A DNA stretch of 64,000 nucleotides from the IMG/VR virus record IMGVR_UViG_3300035670_000009, positions 139,911-203,910 of that record. One strand, 5' to 3'. The position numbers were made by a program, and so were the translations under genes. This document shows positions 18,689 to 27,190 of the stretch, in pieces (within the stretch, counting starts at the first letter, position 1; each line of letters starts with the position of its first letter). The notes under the pieces were generated by a model. It had not been told where the DNA came from and ran no database searches. It was given only the letters and a program-made list of their open reading frames with translations. Source of the DNA: a virus (Duplodnaviria; Caudoviricetes).

Positions 18689-20545
18689 TCAAATCATCTG
18701 CCGTTCGAGATTTTTTGTGTCCATCTGAGCTTTTGCAGTTTCGGCCCTGGCCTTCTCCATGTCGATGAGCTGCTTCACATCGAAGTCGGCCATCTGCCCG
18801 GACTCAAGCCGTTTGCGCAGCAGCGCTTGCATAGCGGCCGGGGAGTCAACAAACTGCGGCGCCACGTCTGCCAGCTCGTTGAAAGCCTGCGCCACCTCGG
18901 TTGGATCGTGGCCGGAGATCACCGGGTCGTTAAGCACCATATCGTGGAGCATGCTCTGTGCCCGGATGTTGCGCAGGGCCGTCTCGTGCTCCGGATCGGT
19001 AAGGCTCTGGTAGGCCTTGGTCTTCATCTTTTTCTCGCCTTCAGCCGCGCCCTGCGCCATTCGGCTGGCGATGGCCTTGGCCGCGCTGAGGAAACCGCTG
19101 CGCACCGGAGCAAGGCTAAAGCCGCCGCTTTCGCGCTCGCCGCCGCGGCTACCTTGTCGCCGCTGCCGACCAGAACGTGATGGTTGAGAAGGGCGGCCAC
19201 CGCCGCCAGAACCGCCACCGCCAGAACCGCCACCGCCAGGACCGCCACCGCCAGGACCGCCGCCTACTGGCCCCGCGTCTTCAAAGCTGTCGGGTTCCGC
19301 GCCCTCGTCTGAGTAATCGAGTTCGTCGTCTTCTGGAATTAGCGGCGAGCCGGAGTTTCGCTGTTGCTGCTGGCGCGCAGCTCGATTAGCAGCCTCGTGC
19401 GCCAGTTGCTCGGACCGCATCCGGTCGTATTCATCTTCGGGCATTGTTTCGTCCTGATGCACCCAAACAGGGTTGCCGAGCTTATTGTCAGGCATAACAA
19501 GTCGGAAATTGTCGCCCGGCGATGGTCGCCGATTGACAAAGTCTGCATGCGCTGCCGGGTCGACCTCAGTTCCCTTGTTGCCAAGCCGCGGCGCGCCTTC
19601 TTGCCCAGCGCGCGGCGGATCGACTAGGCCCCAGCGATCGCCAGCCGCCATGGCGCCCTTTAACACCAGCGGTTCATCGGCCGGGTTGTGCAGAATGCTT
19701 CCGGTGACGACCGCTGGCTCAGCTTTTTTTGCTGCGGCCTGCTTCGCCGCGGGCACCCGCGCCTGCGCCTCGTTGTAAGCTTCAAGGGCGCTGAGCACCG
19801 CGGCGGCCAGCTTGCAGGGCTGGCAATCGCCGATGATGACGTCCTTTGTGGCGGCCTGCTTGGTCAGGTGCGGGTAAACGGCGGCTAGCTTGTTAAGCAC
19901 GGTCACGCCGTCCTCGCCGTAGCGCAATTCGGTCTCGCGCACGGCGTCTTGAAAACTCAAATTGCCCGGACGGCGGAAATACTCGTGAAGCTCTTCCATC
20001 GCCGCCGCGGCTTTGCTGTAAGCCGCCGTGGCCTGACGACGAAGCTCTTCCTGGGCCAACTCTGCAGCCCGCTTCTCAGAGGCAGCCCGTCGAACGGCCG
20101 CTTCTTCGTCGCGAGGCGGAGGGACCCACGTCTTCTCGGGCAAAGATATCTTTGCAGCGGCCTCCTTGGACTGCGCGGCCTTGCGGCGCGCCAGCATTCC
20201 GGCAGGACTAACGGCGTAGTCGGCCGAAACCGCATGCGCGCTTGAAAGTTCAGCAGAAGTTTTCACCGCTTTGGGAAACAACGCGTCCATCACGGTGTCG
20301 GCGTCGGCCAGAGGGAAGTCGGCTGCCTTTTCCAGCGTGCTTTCGCCCTGCTCGCGTTGTTTGGTCGTGCGGCCCGTGTTGTAGGCGTGGACCATAAGAT
20401 TGATATGGCCCGCGGGAACGTCCGACTCGCTGGCGCTCTTGATGATCGCGGCGTTCGGAGTAAGACCGGCGTTCACGTAGCTGGCCGCGCGCTCAATCGC
20501 GCTGATCAGCTGTGCTTCAGCCTGTTTCGAAAGGGGCTGCATCAT
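18689..20545 (-). CDS. Large putative internal head protein
   Basis: 618 aa, Ala-rich coiled coil, with SKQAE, IKSAS, EKAAD, SKEAA, TKQAA and AKQAA. Central Gly-rich linker. Confidence 0.65.
   Translation of the reverse strand: MMQPLSKQAEAQLISAIERAASYVNAGLTPNAAIIKSASESDVPAGHINLMVHAYNTGRTTKQREQGESTLEKAADFPLADADTVMDALFPKAVKTSAELSSAHAVSADYAVSPAGMLARRKAAQSKEAAAKISLPEKTWVPPPRDEEAAVRRAASEKRAAELAQEELRRQATAAYSKAAAAMEELHEYFRRPGNLSFQDAVRETELRYGEDGVTVLNKLAAVYPHLTKQAATKDVIIGDCQPCKLAAAVLSALEAYNEAQARVPAAKQAAAKKAEPAVVTGSILHNPADEPLVLKGAMAAGDRWGLVDPPRAGQEGAPRLGNKGTEVDPAAHADFVNRRPSPGDNFRLVMPDNKLGNPVWVHQDETMPEDEYDRMRSEQLAHEAANRAARQQQQRNSGSPLIPEDDELDYSDEGAEPDSFEDAGPVGGGPGGGGPGGGGSGGGGSGGGGRPSQPSRSGRQRRQGSRGGERESGGFSLAPVRSGFLSAAKAIASRMAQGAAEGEKKMKTKAYQSLTDPEHETALRNIRAQSMLHDMVLNDPVISGHDPTEVAQAFNELADVAPQFVDSPAAMQALLRKRLESGQMADFDVKQLIDMEKARAETAKAQMDTKNLERQMI
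19199..19264. repeat. 15-nt tandem repeat encoding a (GGGG-S/P)n linker
   Basis: Units accgccaccgccag(a/g), about 4 copies. Translates on the minus strand as GGGPGGGGPGGGGSGGGGSGGG. Confidence 0.9.
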
Positions 20546-21474
20546 TATTCTCCCGGGAACCGTAGGTCCTGGATCAATTTTTGGTCGGTTAGTTTACCGC
20601 CAGCGGCGACAATCATCAGCTCGTCGTTGCGCAACTCTGCCGCTCTGTCATCGTAAGGTAACATTTTCTCGGCTGCGGATTCCAGTTTTGTCCCAATTCG
20701 GAACGGCAAGGCGCCCAGCATGGCGCCTATGTTCTCAACGATTGTGCTTTGTGCTTTCCCGGCGTTTTCGCTGGTTTTTTCGATCTGCACGTACTGTACA
20801 AAACTGTCAATAATCGCCAGCTGCGTGTGCGTGTTAATAGGCACCGTAAGCGTGGCGATAGCCGCTTTGTGCTTCACGGTGTTCACGGCAAAGTCCTGGA
20901 AGAACTGGCCGACGTCCTCGGGTCGTTCAGGCTTGGAAATAGGGCTGCACTTCGAAATAACCGACTCCAGCACATAGGGGCCGCCTTGGTAGCCAAAAAG
21001 CTTCCAGAGCAGGTCGTACTGTCGCTCAGACACGCCGCGAGTTACAGCGTCGGCCATAACTACGTTTACAACGTAAAGTTTGTCGTTGAGCCGGTCCCGG
21101 ACGTCGAAGAACACGTTCTCGTACGCCTCAATGATCTCGGAGTTGGTGCCGATCTTTGCGGCAATCTGCTGACTGGTCATTCCCGCCAGGACGCAAGCCT
21201 CTATGGCCCAGCGCATCGGGCTTCGTTCGTCGAGCCACATTGAATGCGCCCAAAACAAATCCCGGTCGTACTGGATCAGGCGGTACAGCGCGTCAGGTCG
21301 GTTGCCAGCCTTTTCGTAACGCCGCTTCATCCGCGACGCCCGGCGGATCCACGCAAAACCGGTTTCGCCGTCCGCGGCCCTGGTCGCCCGCGGACCGCCA
21401 GTGTCGATCTGAACAGCCCGCAGCCAACGCCAATTCGGCGCGCGGCGCGGGTTATCGCGAAGTGCTTGAAGCAT
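20545..21474 (-). CDS. Hypothetical protein with possible central HTH
   Basis: 309 aa containing VLAGMTSQQIAAKIGTNSEIIEAY, a helix-turn-helix-like pattern. Confidence 0.55.
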   Translation of the reverse strand: MLQALRDNPRRAPNWRWLRAVQIDTGGPRATRAADGETGFAWIRRASRMKRRYEKAGNRPDALYRLIQYDRDLFWAHSMWLDERSPMRWAIEACVLAGMTSQQIAAKIGTNSEIIEAYENVFFDVRDRLNDKLYVVNVVMADAVTRGVSERQYDLLWKLFGYQGGPYVLESVISKCSPISKPERPEDVGQFFQDFAVNTVKHKAAIATLTVPINTHTQLAIIDSFVQYVQIEKTSENAGKAQSTIVENIGAMLGALPFRIGTKLESAAEKMLPYDDRAAELRNDELMIVAAGGKLTDQKLIQDLRFPGE

Positions 21475-21869
21475 TAGCCCATCTTCGGGACTTCAATCGT
21501 CACCGAGAACACAAAGTTCTTGGCGCCCGAGCCCGCCGGGGTGATCTTCAGGTAAAGATATCTTTGTGGATTTGTCGGCGTGCCGTCTCGGTTGATATAG
21601 GCCACTTCAGCGCTGTGGTCGTCGACCTTGGCCGCCGTGGGCAGCGTGATGTCGAGAATGTGAAACGCCTCAGCGGGCAACGTGCTGTTTGGCGCAGTGT
21701 CCTGTTTGCTGGTGTAGAGCGCCGCAGCGGCACCGGCATTGGCGCCGCTAGTCTGTGTCAGGCTGTAGCCGCGAATAATGCCGCGGTGCGGCACGCGAAT
21801 TGGAACCACCGTCTGCGTGCCGCTCGCAGCTTCAAACGTCGTTTCGCCTGACCAAATCGTACTTGCCAT
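21474..21869 (-). CDS. Small beta-sandwich-like virion protein
   Basis: 131 aa with alternating hydrophobic beta-strand pattern (YLYLKIT, FVFSVTIEV). Confidence 0.6.
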   Translation of the reverse strand: MASTIWSGETTFEAASGTQTVVPIRVPHRGIIRGYSLTQTSGANAGAAAALYTSKQDTAPNSTLPAEAFHILDITLPTAAKVDDHSAEVAYINRDGTPTNPQRYLYLKITPAGSGAKNFVFSVTIEVPKMG

Positions 21870-21878
21870 GTTTCACCT

Positions 21879-24254
21879 TTAAGCGCTTGCGACATTGGAG
21901 AGGTCGGTGTCTGAGCCGCCTTCTTCTGGATACGGCTCAATCGTCTTTTGCTTGAGGAAGAGAATTACGTCGCCCAGCATTTCAAAGGCGTTACGCAACG
22001 AATCTTCCAGCTCTGGCATATCAGATTTGCCATAACGATCAGCGAACCGATCACCGTGCCAATAGAACATGAACAAAATGCGGCCCAGCTTGTCGAGGCC
22101 ATTGGTCAGCTCGCCCATATAACGATCGACCAACGAATCGTCCCGGACAGCGCGCAGCATCGAGCCGATCATCGCCGTGTCGAACACTTCTTTCTGGCCT
22201 GTCTCGGCGGCCTGCATCACGCTGCGGATATCTTTTTTGTCCAGTCGCGTGTTCGGGTTATAGATCTGCCGATCGGTGTTGGCGGCCGCCATGTCCGACA
22301 CCGGCATACCAATATCTATGCCCATTTGAGTTGGGACGTCGGCGCCCATGATTGTTTCGCCGCCCATCACCGGACCCGGATCGGTCGGCGCCGTTGGGCC
22401 CTGATTGACCATCATCGGCGCGCCGTACGGATTGGCATACTTCACGCGGCAAGCGAACTTCTTTTTTGCCGCCGCTGTCTTGAGGATCGCGCGAGCAGCG
22501 TCCTCACGCAGACCATGATGCTCAACAAGCGTCACCAGCGCGGCAATCGGGCTGCGCGCGGCTTCTTTGTTGATCGTGACTTCTGTGCCGTTGTGGTAGA
22601 CCTCGAGCGCGGCGGTCTTGCCTAGCAGTTCAAGCTGCGCGTCAGCCAGGTTGCCGGGCATCAGCGGCGGCATCTCGCTCTGGCCGCATCCGCACGCGCC
22701 CTGGTCCTCGGCCGTCTCATCGTCATCTTCGCCGGGAGCGCACTTGAGCAGCTTGTAGCCCTCGGGGACAAAAATGTCGCCCATCGAGCTGCGCAAACTG
22801 GAACCTTTCTTGCCGTTGAGATGGATCCGGACGCCGTCGCGCCACTTGTCGTAGTTCAGCGGGTCGGTATAGCAGCAGCTGGAGATGTGACCCTTTGGCG
22901 GAAACTTCGAATGGTCCTCCATGTGGACCTCGTAACTCGTCACGCCGAATTCGCTCTCGCCGTACTCGCGGATCACGCGAACCGGAACGGTGGCGTCGCC
23001 GTTCTTGTGCACCAACATGTAGCGCCCGCTCGACGGAAGGCTGTTTGCGTCTGGTAAGCCGTTAAACCACTCTTCTTCTTCCTTGTCGGTCGGGCAGGCG
23101 ACACAAAACACCTGGTCTGCGCGCGTGTTAATCCACTCAGGCTTGCCCTCGGTACGGACGACGGTGACAAAGTCCGAACGCTTCGCGGGCCCCATCGGGA
23201 ACATGGCGATGTAAACCCGCTCAATGTTGCCCGGCTTGACGAGGATGTCGTAAAGACCCGAGCTGGTCGGGTTCCAAAGTTTCTTTTCAACCTGAATGTG
23301 ATAGGGAATCGACACGTTGTCCCGCTCGCGCTGATCGAGAATCAGCACGCCGTCGCGGAGCAGCTTTTCCTGGTCTTCCTCGGTAGTCTCCGGCGGAAGC
23401 TTGGTCTGCATTGTGACGTTCATCGTGATGATCTTGAGCCCTGCGACGGCCGGGCTCTTTTCAGGTGCCTCCGACAGCACACTGGCGATCTTCGGGCGAT
23501 TTTCGCGTTCCTTGGCCGCCGCGATGGCTTCCTTGATCACGCCCAGGCCGTGAAACTCATCAAATGCCTTGGCCAGCGCCGGGGCGTCTTGGAACGTCTT
23601 GACGAGCATGTCGATCGTCGTGACGCGGGCTTCTTTAAGAAACCGCGGCAGATCTAACGCCCGGCCGATTTCCTGAAACACCAGCGCCGTGTTCATCGTG
23701 GCGCACTTAGCAAAAGTCGGCATCGCGGCCGTCATCATCTCGCGCAGCGTTGGCTTGGCCGAGCCAAACTTCGCCGGACTGCGAGAGAGCTGCGTGAAAT
23801 CGGGCTGCCGCTGGCCCATTGACGACCGATTGCGGTCCACCGCGCTGCCCAAAATGTTGGGCTTGCGGTTCACCAAGTAGTTAATCCAGTTTTCTTTAAG
23901 CGGCACGAACATGTCCTGGTTTTTGATGTACAGGAGTTCGTGACCTTTAAGGTCGCCGTTAAGAAAAAAGACTGGAGCATAAAGCCAATTCGAGCCAACT
24001 TTGAACGCAAAAACGCCAATAGCTTTGGTGTTTTCGCGATTGCGGTCTAGCAGCTGAAAACCGATTTCGTGGTCCAGCAGCCGCGGAGCTGAATCACGCA
24101 GATAGGCGTGCGCCAGGTTACTGAACGCCTGCTCAAACGACGTGGAGTCGCCTTTGCCGCCAAAATCGGCGGCTTTCGTTTGCGTCCGGTCGTGCAAACG
24201 TACTACGTTCAGCCAGTGCGCCTGGGACGATTCAGTCTTCTTGCGGTTGTACAC
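21879..24254 (-). CDS. Large conserved-type head protein with K-x-A motifs
   Basis: About 790 aa. Start reassigned to GTG 24254 (GGAGGT SD 7 nt upstream). Contains TKAAD, LKEAR, GKTAA, NKEAA and VKYAN. Confidence 0.65.
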   Translation of the reverse strand: MYNRKKTESSQAHWLNVVRLHDRTQTKAADFGGKGDSTSFEQAFSNLAHAYLRDSAPRLLDHEIGFQLLDRNRENTKAIGVFAFKVGSNWLYAPVFFLNGDLKGHELLYIKNQDMFVPLKENWINYLVNRKPNILGSAVDRNRSSMGQRQPDFTQLSRSPAKFGSAKPTLREMMTAAMPTFAKCATMNTALVFQEIGRALDLPRFLKEARVTTIDMLVKTFQDAPALAKAFDEFHGLGVIKEAIAAAKERENRPKIASVLSEAPEKSPAVAGLKIITMNVTMQTKLPPETTEEDQEKLLRDGVLILDQRERDNVSIPYHIQVEKKLWNPTSSGLYDILVKPGNIERVYIAMFPMGPAKRSDFVTVVRTEGKPEWINTRADQVFCVACPTDKEEEEWFNGLPDANSLPSSGRYMLVHKNGDATVPVRVIREYGESEFGVTSYEVHMEDHSKFPPKGHISSCCYTDPLNYDKWRDGVRIHLNGKKGSSLRSSMGDIFVPEGYKLLKCAPGEDDDETAEDQGACGCGQSEMPPLMPGNLADAQLELLGKTAALEVYHNGTEVTINKEAARSPIAALVTLVEHHGLREDAARAILKTAAAKKKFACRVKYANPYGAPMMVNQGPTAPTDPGPVMGGETIMGADVPTQMGIDIGMPVSDMAAANTDRQIYNPNTRLDKKDIRSVMQAAETGQKEVFDTAMIGSMLRAVRDDSLVDRYMGELTNGLDKLGRILFMFYWHGDRFADRYGKSDMPELEDSLRNAFEMLGDVILFLKQKTIEPYPEEGGSDTDLSNVASA

Positions 24255-24337
24255 AGCGGCCACCTCCGTGCGGCATTTTCAGGGCGTGTAAATAGCGATT
24301 TACCGCGCCGAGACCTCTACATCCTACAGAATCGGGC

Positions 24338-26212
24338 TTATGGGCGCCATCCGCTCGTTGCGCCAGTCATTCCAAAGGTTTCTCCGCGGGCCAGCCCTGG
24401 CACAAAGCTGCTGCCCGCGGTGTCGCTAGTTGCGCCCCGATGCACGCTGCTAAGCAGGCCGCGTTCTTGGTACGAGCCGAGCATACGCGTCATCCAGTCC
24501 GGGTCGTTCGAAATATTCGCCATGCCGCGAACCATTTCTGGCTGAAAAGGCGGCTGCTGCTTGTGCGCCTCGATATTGTTAATGCCGTATTTTTGCAGCG
24601 TATTAACGACGTTACGGCCAATTTTCGTGCCAATTGAATAGTGCAACACGGGCCGCTCCAAATAATGGCCCTGCAGGCTCTTGGGCGCGCCTGTCACACT
24701 GCCCGCGCGGGGTTGCCAATTTCGCTCGATCATCGAATATGGCACAACGTCGTCTGGGTTGTATTCGCCATGCTCGTCGGTCATACGGACGTGATTCACC
24801 AGCCCGCGCGCGAGCAGCTCGATGTTGCGGCGGTGGCCGTTGACGTTAGAGTTTTGAAGTACCTGCCGCATGGCTTGAACGAAATACCGGCGGCCCTCGC
24901 CGATGCCCTTGTGGCGCACCACTTCGGACGGATTAGGCATGCCGTCGGTGAGCGAGTCACCTGCCTCGATCTCCTGGCCCTTTTTGACGGTGATCTCGCG
25001 GTCCACCGGGATGTAGTGGTCCTGGCCGCCGACCTGGACGTAGTAACCGCCCTGGGGCGCCTCCTTGATCTCTTGGACGTGGCCGTCAACTTGGGCGTGC
25101 GTGGCGCCATTGGGGTATTTCTTGGGAACCTGGACCAACGCGTTGATCGCTTTGAAGCCGCCAATAGCGCTCGCGCCACCGACGCCGCCGGAATGTTTAG
25201 ACGAGATCTGCGCTTGGGTAACTGGTTCCGACAGAGCTTGCGCTGCGGCGATGCCAACGTAGTCGCCAATAGGCGGCATTTTGCCCTTCTCGCGATAGCC
25301 GACGTCTCTGGCGTACACGCCGCCGTCGTCTGGGCCGCCGACCAACGGACTGCGAACCAGCAGATCCTGCACGCCCATTCCTTTGATATCTTTCAAAATC
25401 TTCGGCGTCAGAACAGTATTGCGCTTGTATGGTCCGACGGGTCGGGCGAGCAGCGCGCCTTCGTTGTCCATGTCGTCGACGTCAGTGGGATAGCCGCGGT
25501 CGTGCGCGGTGGCATTGCGCTCCTGATCGTCGTCATCGTCGGCGGTGACGAGCAGCCGATGCGTCATTTGGCTGAGCTGCTTGCCGAAAAAACCCGCGTC
25601 CGCAGTAGCCGTCTTCAGGTCGAGCACGCCCTTGCGGGCGCCAAAGGCGCCCGCAAAATACTCTACGGGCCGTAAACCCTGGCCGTAGCCGCGCAGTACG
25701 GGAATAGGAATAGGCTCGTTTTTATGGTCGACGTACTGCAAGTCTGCGCCGATAAGTGAGTTGAGGCTGAACTTGTTTCCGCGGCTAACGCCGTGGACCT
25801 GGTGAGCCAGCGGGTTGTCCGTTGCCTTGGCTTCTTCGTAGACCTTTTCAACGAGGTCTTTTTGCGCGGTCGAGGCGAGCTGGAGCAGCTTGAGGTTACG
25901 CGTTTTCTCGTCGAGCGCGCGGTCGGCGAGAATGCCGCGGAGCTGCATCTGCACTTTGTGCTGCGCCTCCTTGGCGGCGACGGTCTGCTTGATGTCCTTC
26001 AGCCCGAACGAAAGACCACCCGCCGAATAAGACGTGTCGCGGGCCACGTCGTGAAGGTTCTTCATGACCTCCCGATACTTGTCGGGATGCTTTTCGGCGA
26101 GCTGCGTCGCGAGATTACCCATGTCTTTCTTAGTGAGGACGCGGTTGTAGTCGCGCAGATCTTCCGGCAGCGCTTCGTTAACGAGAATCTGGCCGAGTGT
26201 GGTTTTAAGCAT
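24338..26212 (-). CDS. rpoC: DNA-directed RNA polymerase, beta-prime C-terminal subunit
   Basis: Bridge helix YFAGAFGARKGVLDLKTATADAGFFGKQL and trigger loop AAQALSEPVTQAQISSKHSGG. N-terminus KTTLGQIL..SFGLKD matches the middle of bacterial RpoC. Confidence 0.93.
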   Translation of the reverse strand: MLKTTLGQILVNEALPEDLRDYNRVLTKKDMGNLATQLAEKHPDKYREVMKNLHDVARDTSYSAGGLSFGLKDIKQTVAAKEAQHKVQMQLRGILADRALDEKTRNLKLLQLASTAQKDLVEKVYEEAKATDNPLAHQVHGVSRGNKFSLNSLIGADLQYVDHKNEPIPIPVLRGYGQGLRPVEYFAGAFGARKGVLDLKTATADAGFFGKQLSQMTHRLLVTADDDDDQERNATAHDRGYPTDVDDMDNEGALLARPVGPYKRNTVLTPKILKDIKGMGVQDLLVRSPLVGGPDDGGVYARDVGYREKGKMPPIGDYVGIAAAQALSEPVTQAQISSKHSGGVGGASAIGGFKAINALVQVPKKYPNGATHAQVDGHVQEIKEAPQGGYYVQVGGQDHYIPVDREITVKKGQEIEAGDSLTDGMPNPSEVVRHKGIGEGRRYFVQAMRQVLQNSNVNGHRRNIELLARGLVNHVRMTDEHGEYNPDDVVPYSMIERNWQPRAGSVTGAPKSLQGHYLERPVLHYSIGTKIGRNVVNTLQKYGINNIEAHKQQPPFQPEMVRGMANISNDPDWMTRMLGSYQERGLLSSVHRGATSDTAGSSFVPGLARGETFGMTGATSGWRP

Positions 26213-26213
26213 C

Positions 26214-26453
26214 TCACGGCTTCCAGAGCATCTTGTCGATCGGCTTGGGTGTGAGGTCGTTGACCACTACAGTCTTATCAACGCCGAGAACGCGAAGAAG
26301 ATTATGAAAGTCGTCATCGCCAACGTGCGAGCAGATGATGTGATCGTCATGCTGCAGCGCCACGTAGATCGGGTTTCCCAGGTCATCTTCAACGATGACG
26401 CTGTGCGCCCGCTGCTCGTGTGGCTGCAGGTTGTGTTGCAGCTTAACGCGCAC
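26214..26453 (-). CDS. Small acidic/His-rich hypothetical protein between the RNAP genes
   Basis: 79 aa, tightly coupled to both neighbours (1-nt gap to the RNAP gene, short overlap upstream). Confidence 0.6.
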   Translation of the reverse strand: MRVKLQHNLQPHEQRAHSVIVEDDLGNPIYVALQHDDHIICSHVGDDDFHNLLRVLGVDKTVVVNDLTPKPIDKMLWKP

Positions 26454-27177
26454 GCTCGAGGCTCCTGAACAACGCCGCCACGGCCGCTGCCTTCAGCTGC
26501 GTCTCTGTCGGCGCGTCCGGGTTCTGCTCGGCAAATTGGGCCAGCGGTTTATCCCACCAATGCGCCATTTTTCCGGCCGACGGGTCCATCGGTGCCTGGC
26601 TCGGATCCATCGGCCCGCCCGGGGGCATCGGGCCGCCGGGGGGCTGCGGACCAGCTGGCGCGTTGGGGTCCTGGGGCGGCGGGGCCATCGGGCCGCCAGG
26701 TAATGCCGTCTCGGCAGGCGGCGCGCCGGTTGTGCCCGGCGGAAGAACGAGCGACTCGGGCGGAACCTGGACCCCCATCGCGTTCATAATTGCCGTTAGC
26801 TGCTGCTGCATGTTATAGAGCCGATAGTCAAGCATCTGCATCATCTGCTCGGGCTTGAGTTTTTGCTGGCCAGGAACTCCGCCCTGCGGCGTGGCAGGCG
26901 GCATCGGGGCCGGAGCGGCCGCGGGAGGAGCGGCAGCTGTTGCGGCGCCAGTCGGATCCTGCGAGGGGTCAATCGGCGCAGCGCCCATGGCGGCCGTGGC
27001 AGGATCGACGGGCTGCGCAGCGCCCTGAACGCCCAGCTGCGAAGGGTCGGGAGCTTCGCCGCCCATTGGAGGCGCGCCCTGAGCGGCCATCATGGCAGCA
27101 TCCGACGGCACGACCGCGGACTTCTCGAACGCGTGACGAGCCATCTTTAGCAGCTCGGGATTGACCGTGAAACTCAT
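26443..27177 (-). CDS. Pro/Ala/Gly-rich putative internal head protein
   Basis: FEKSAV near the N-terminus. Long disordered Pro-rich tracts around a short coiled coil (MMQMLDYRLYNMQQQLTAIM). Confidence 0.7.
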   Translation of the reverse strand: MSFTVNPELLKMARHAFEKSAVVPSDAAMMAAQGAPPMGGEAPDPSQLGVQGAAQPVDPATAAMGAAPIDPSQDPTGAATAAAPPAAAPAPMPPATPQGGVPGQQKLKPEQMMQMLDYRLYNMQQQLTAIMNAMGVQVPPESLVLPPGTTGAPPAETALPGGPMAPPPQDPNAPAGPQPPGGPMPPGGPMDPSQAPMDPSAGKMAHWWDKPLAQFAEQNPDAPTETQLKAAAVAALFRSLERAR

Positions 27178-27190
27178 GGGAACCTCCGTG

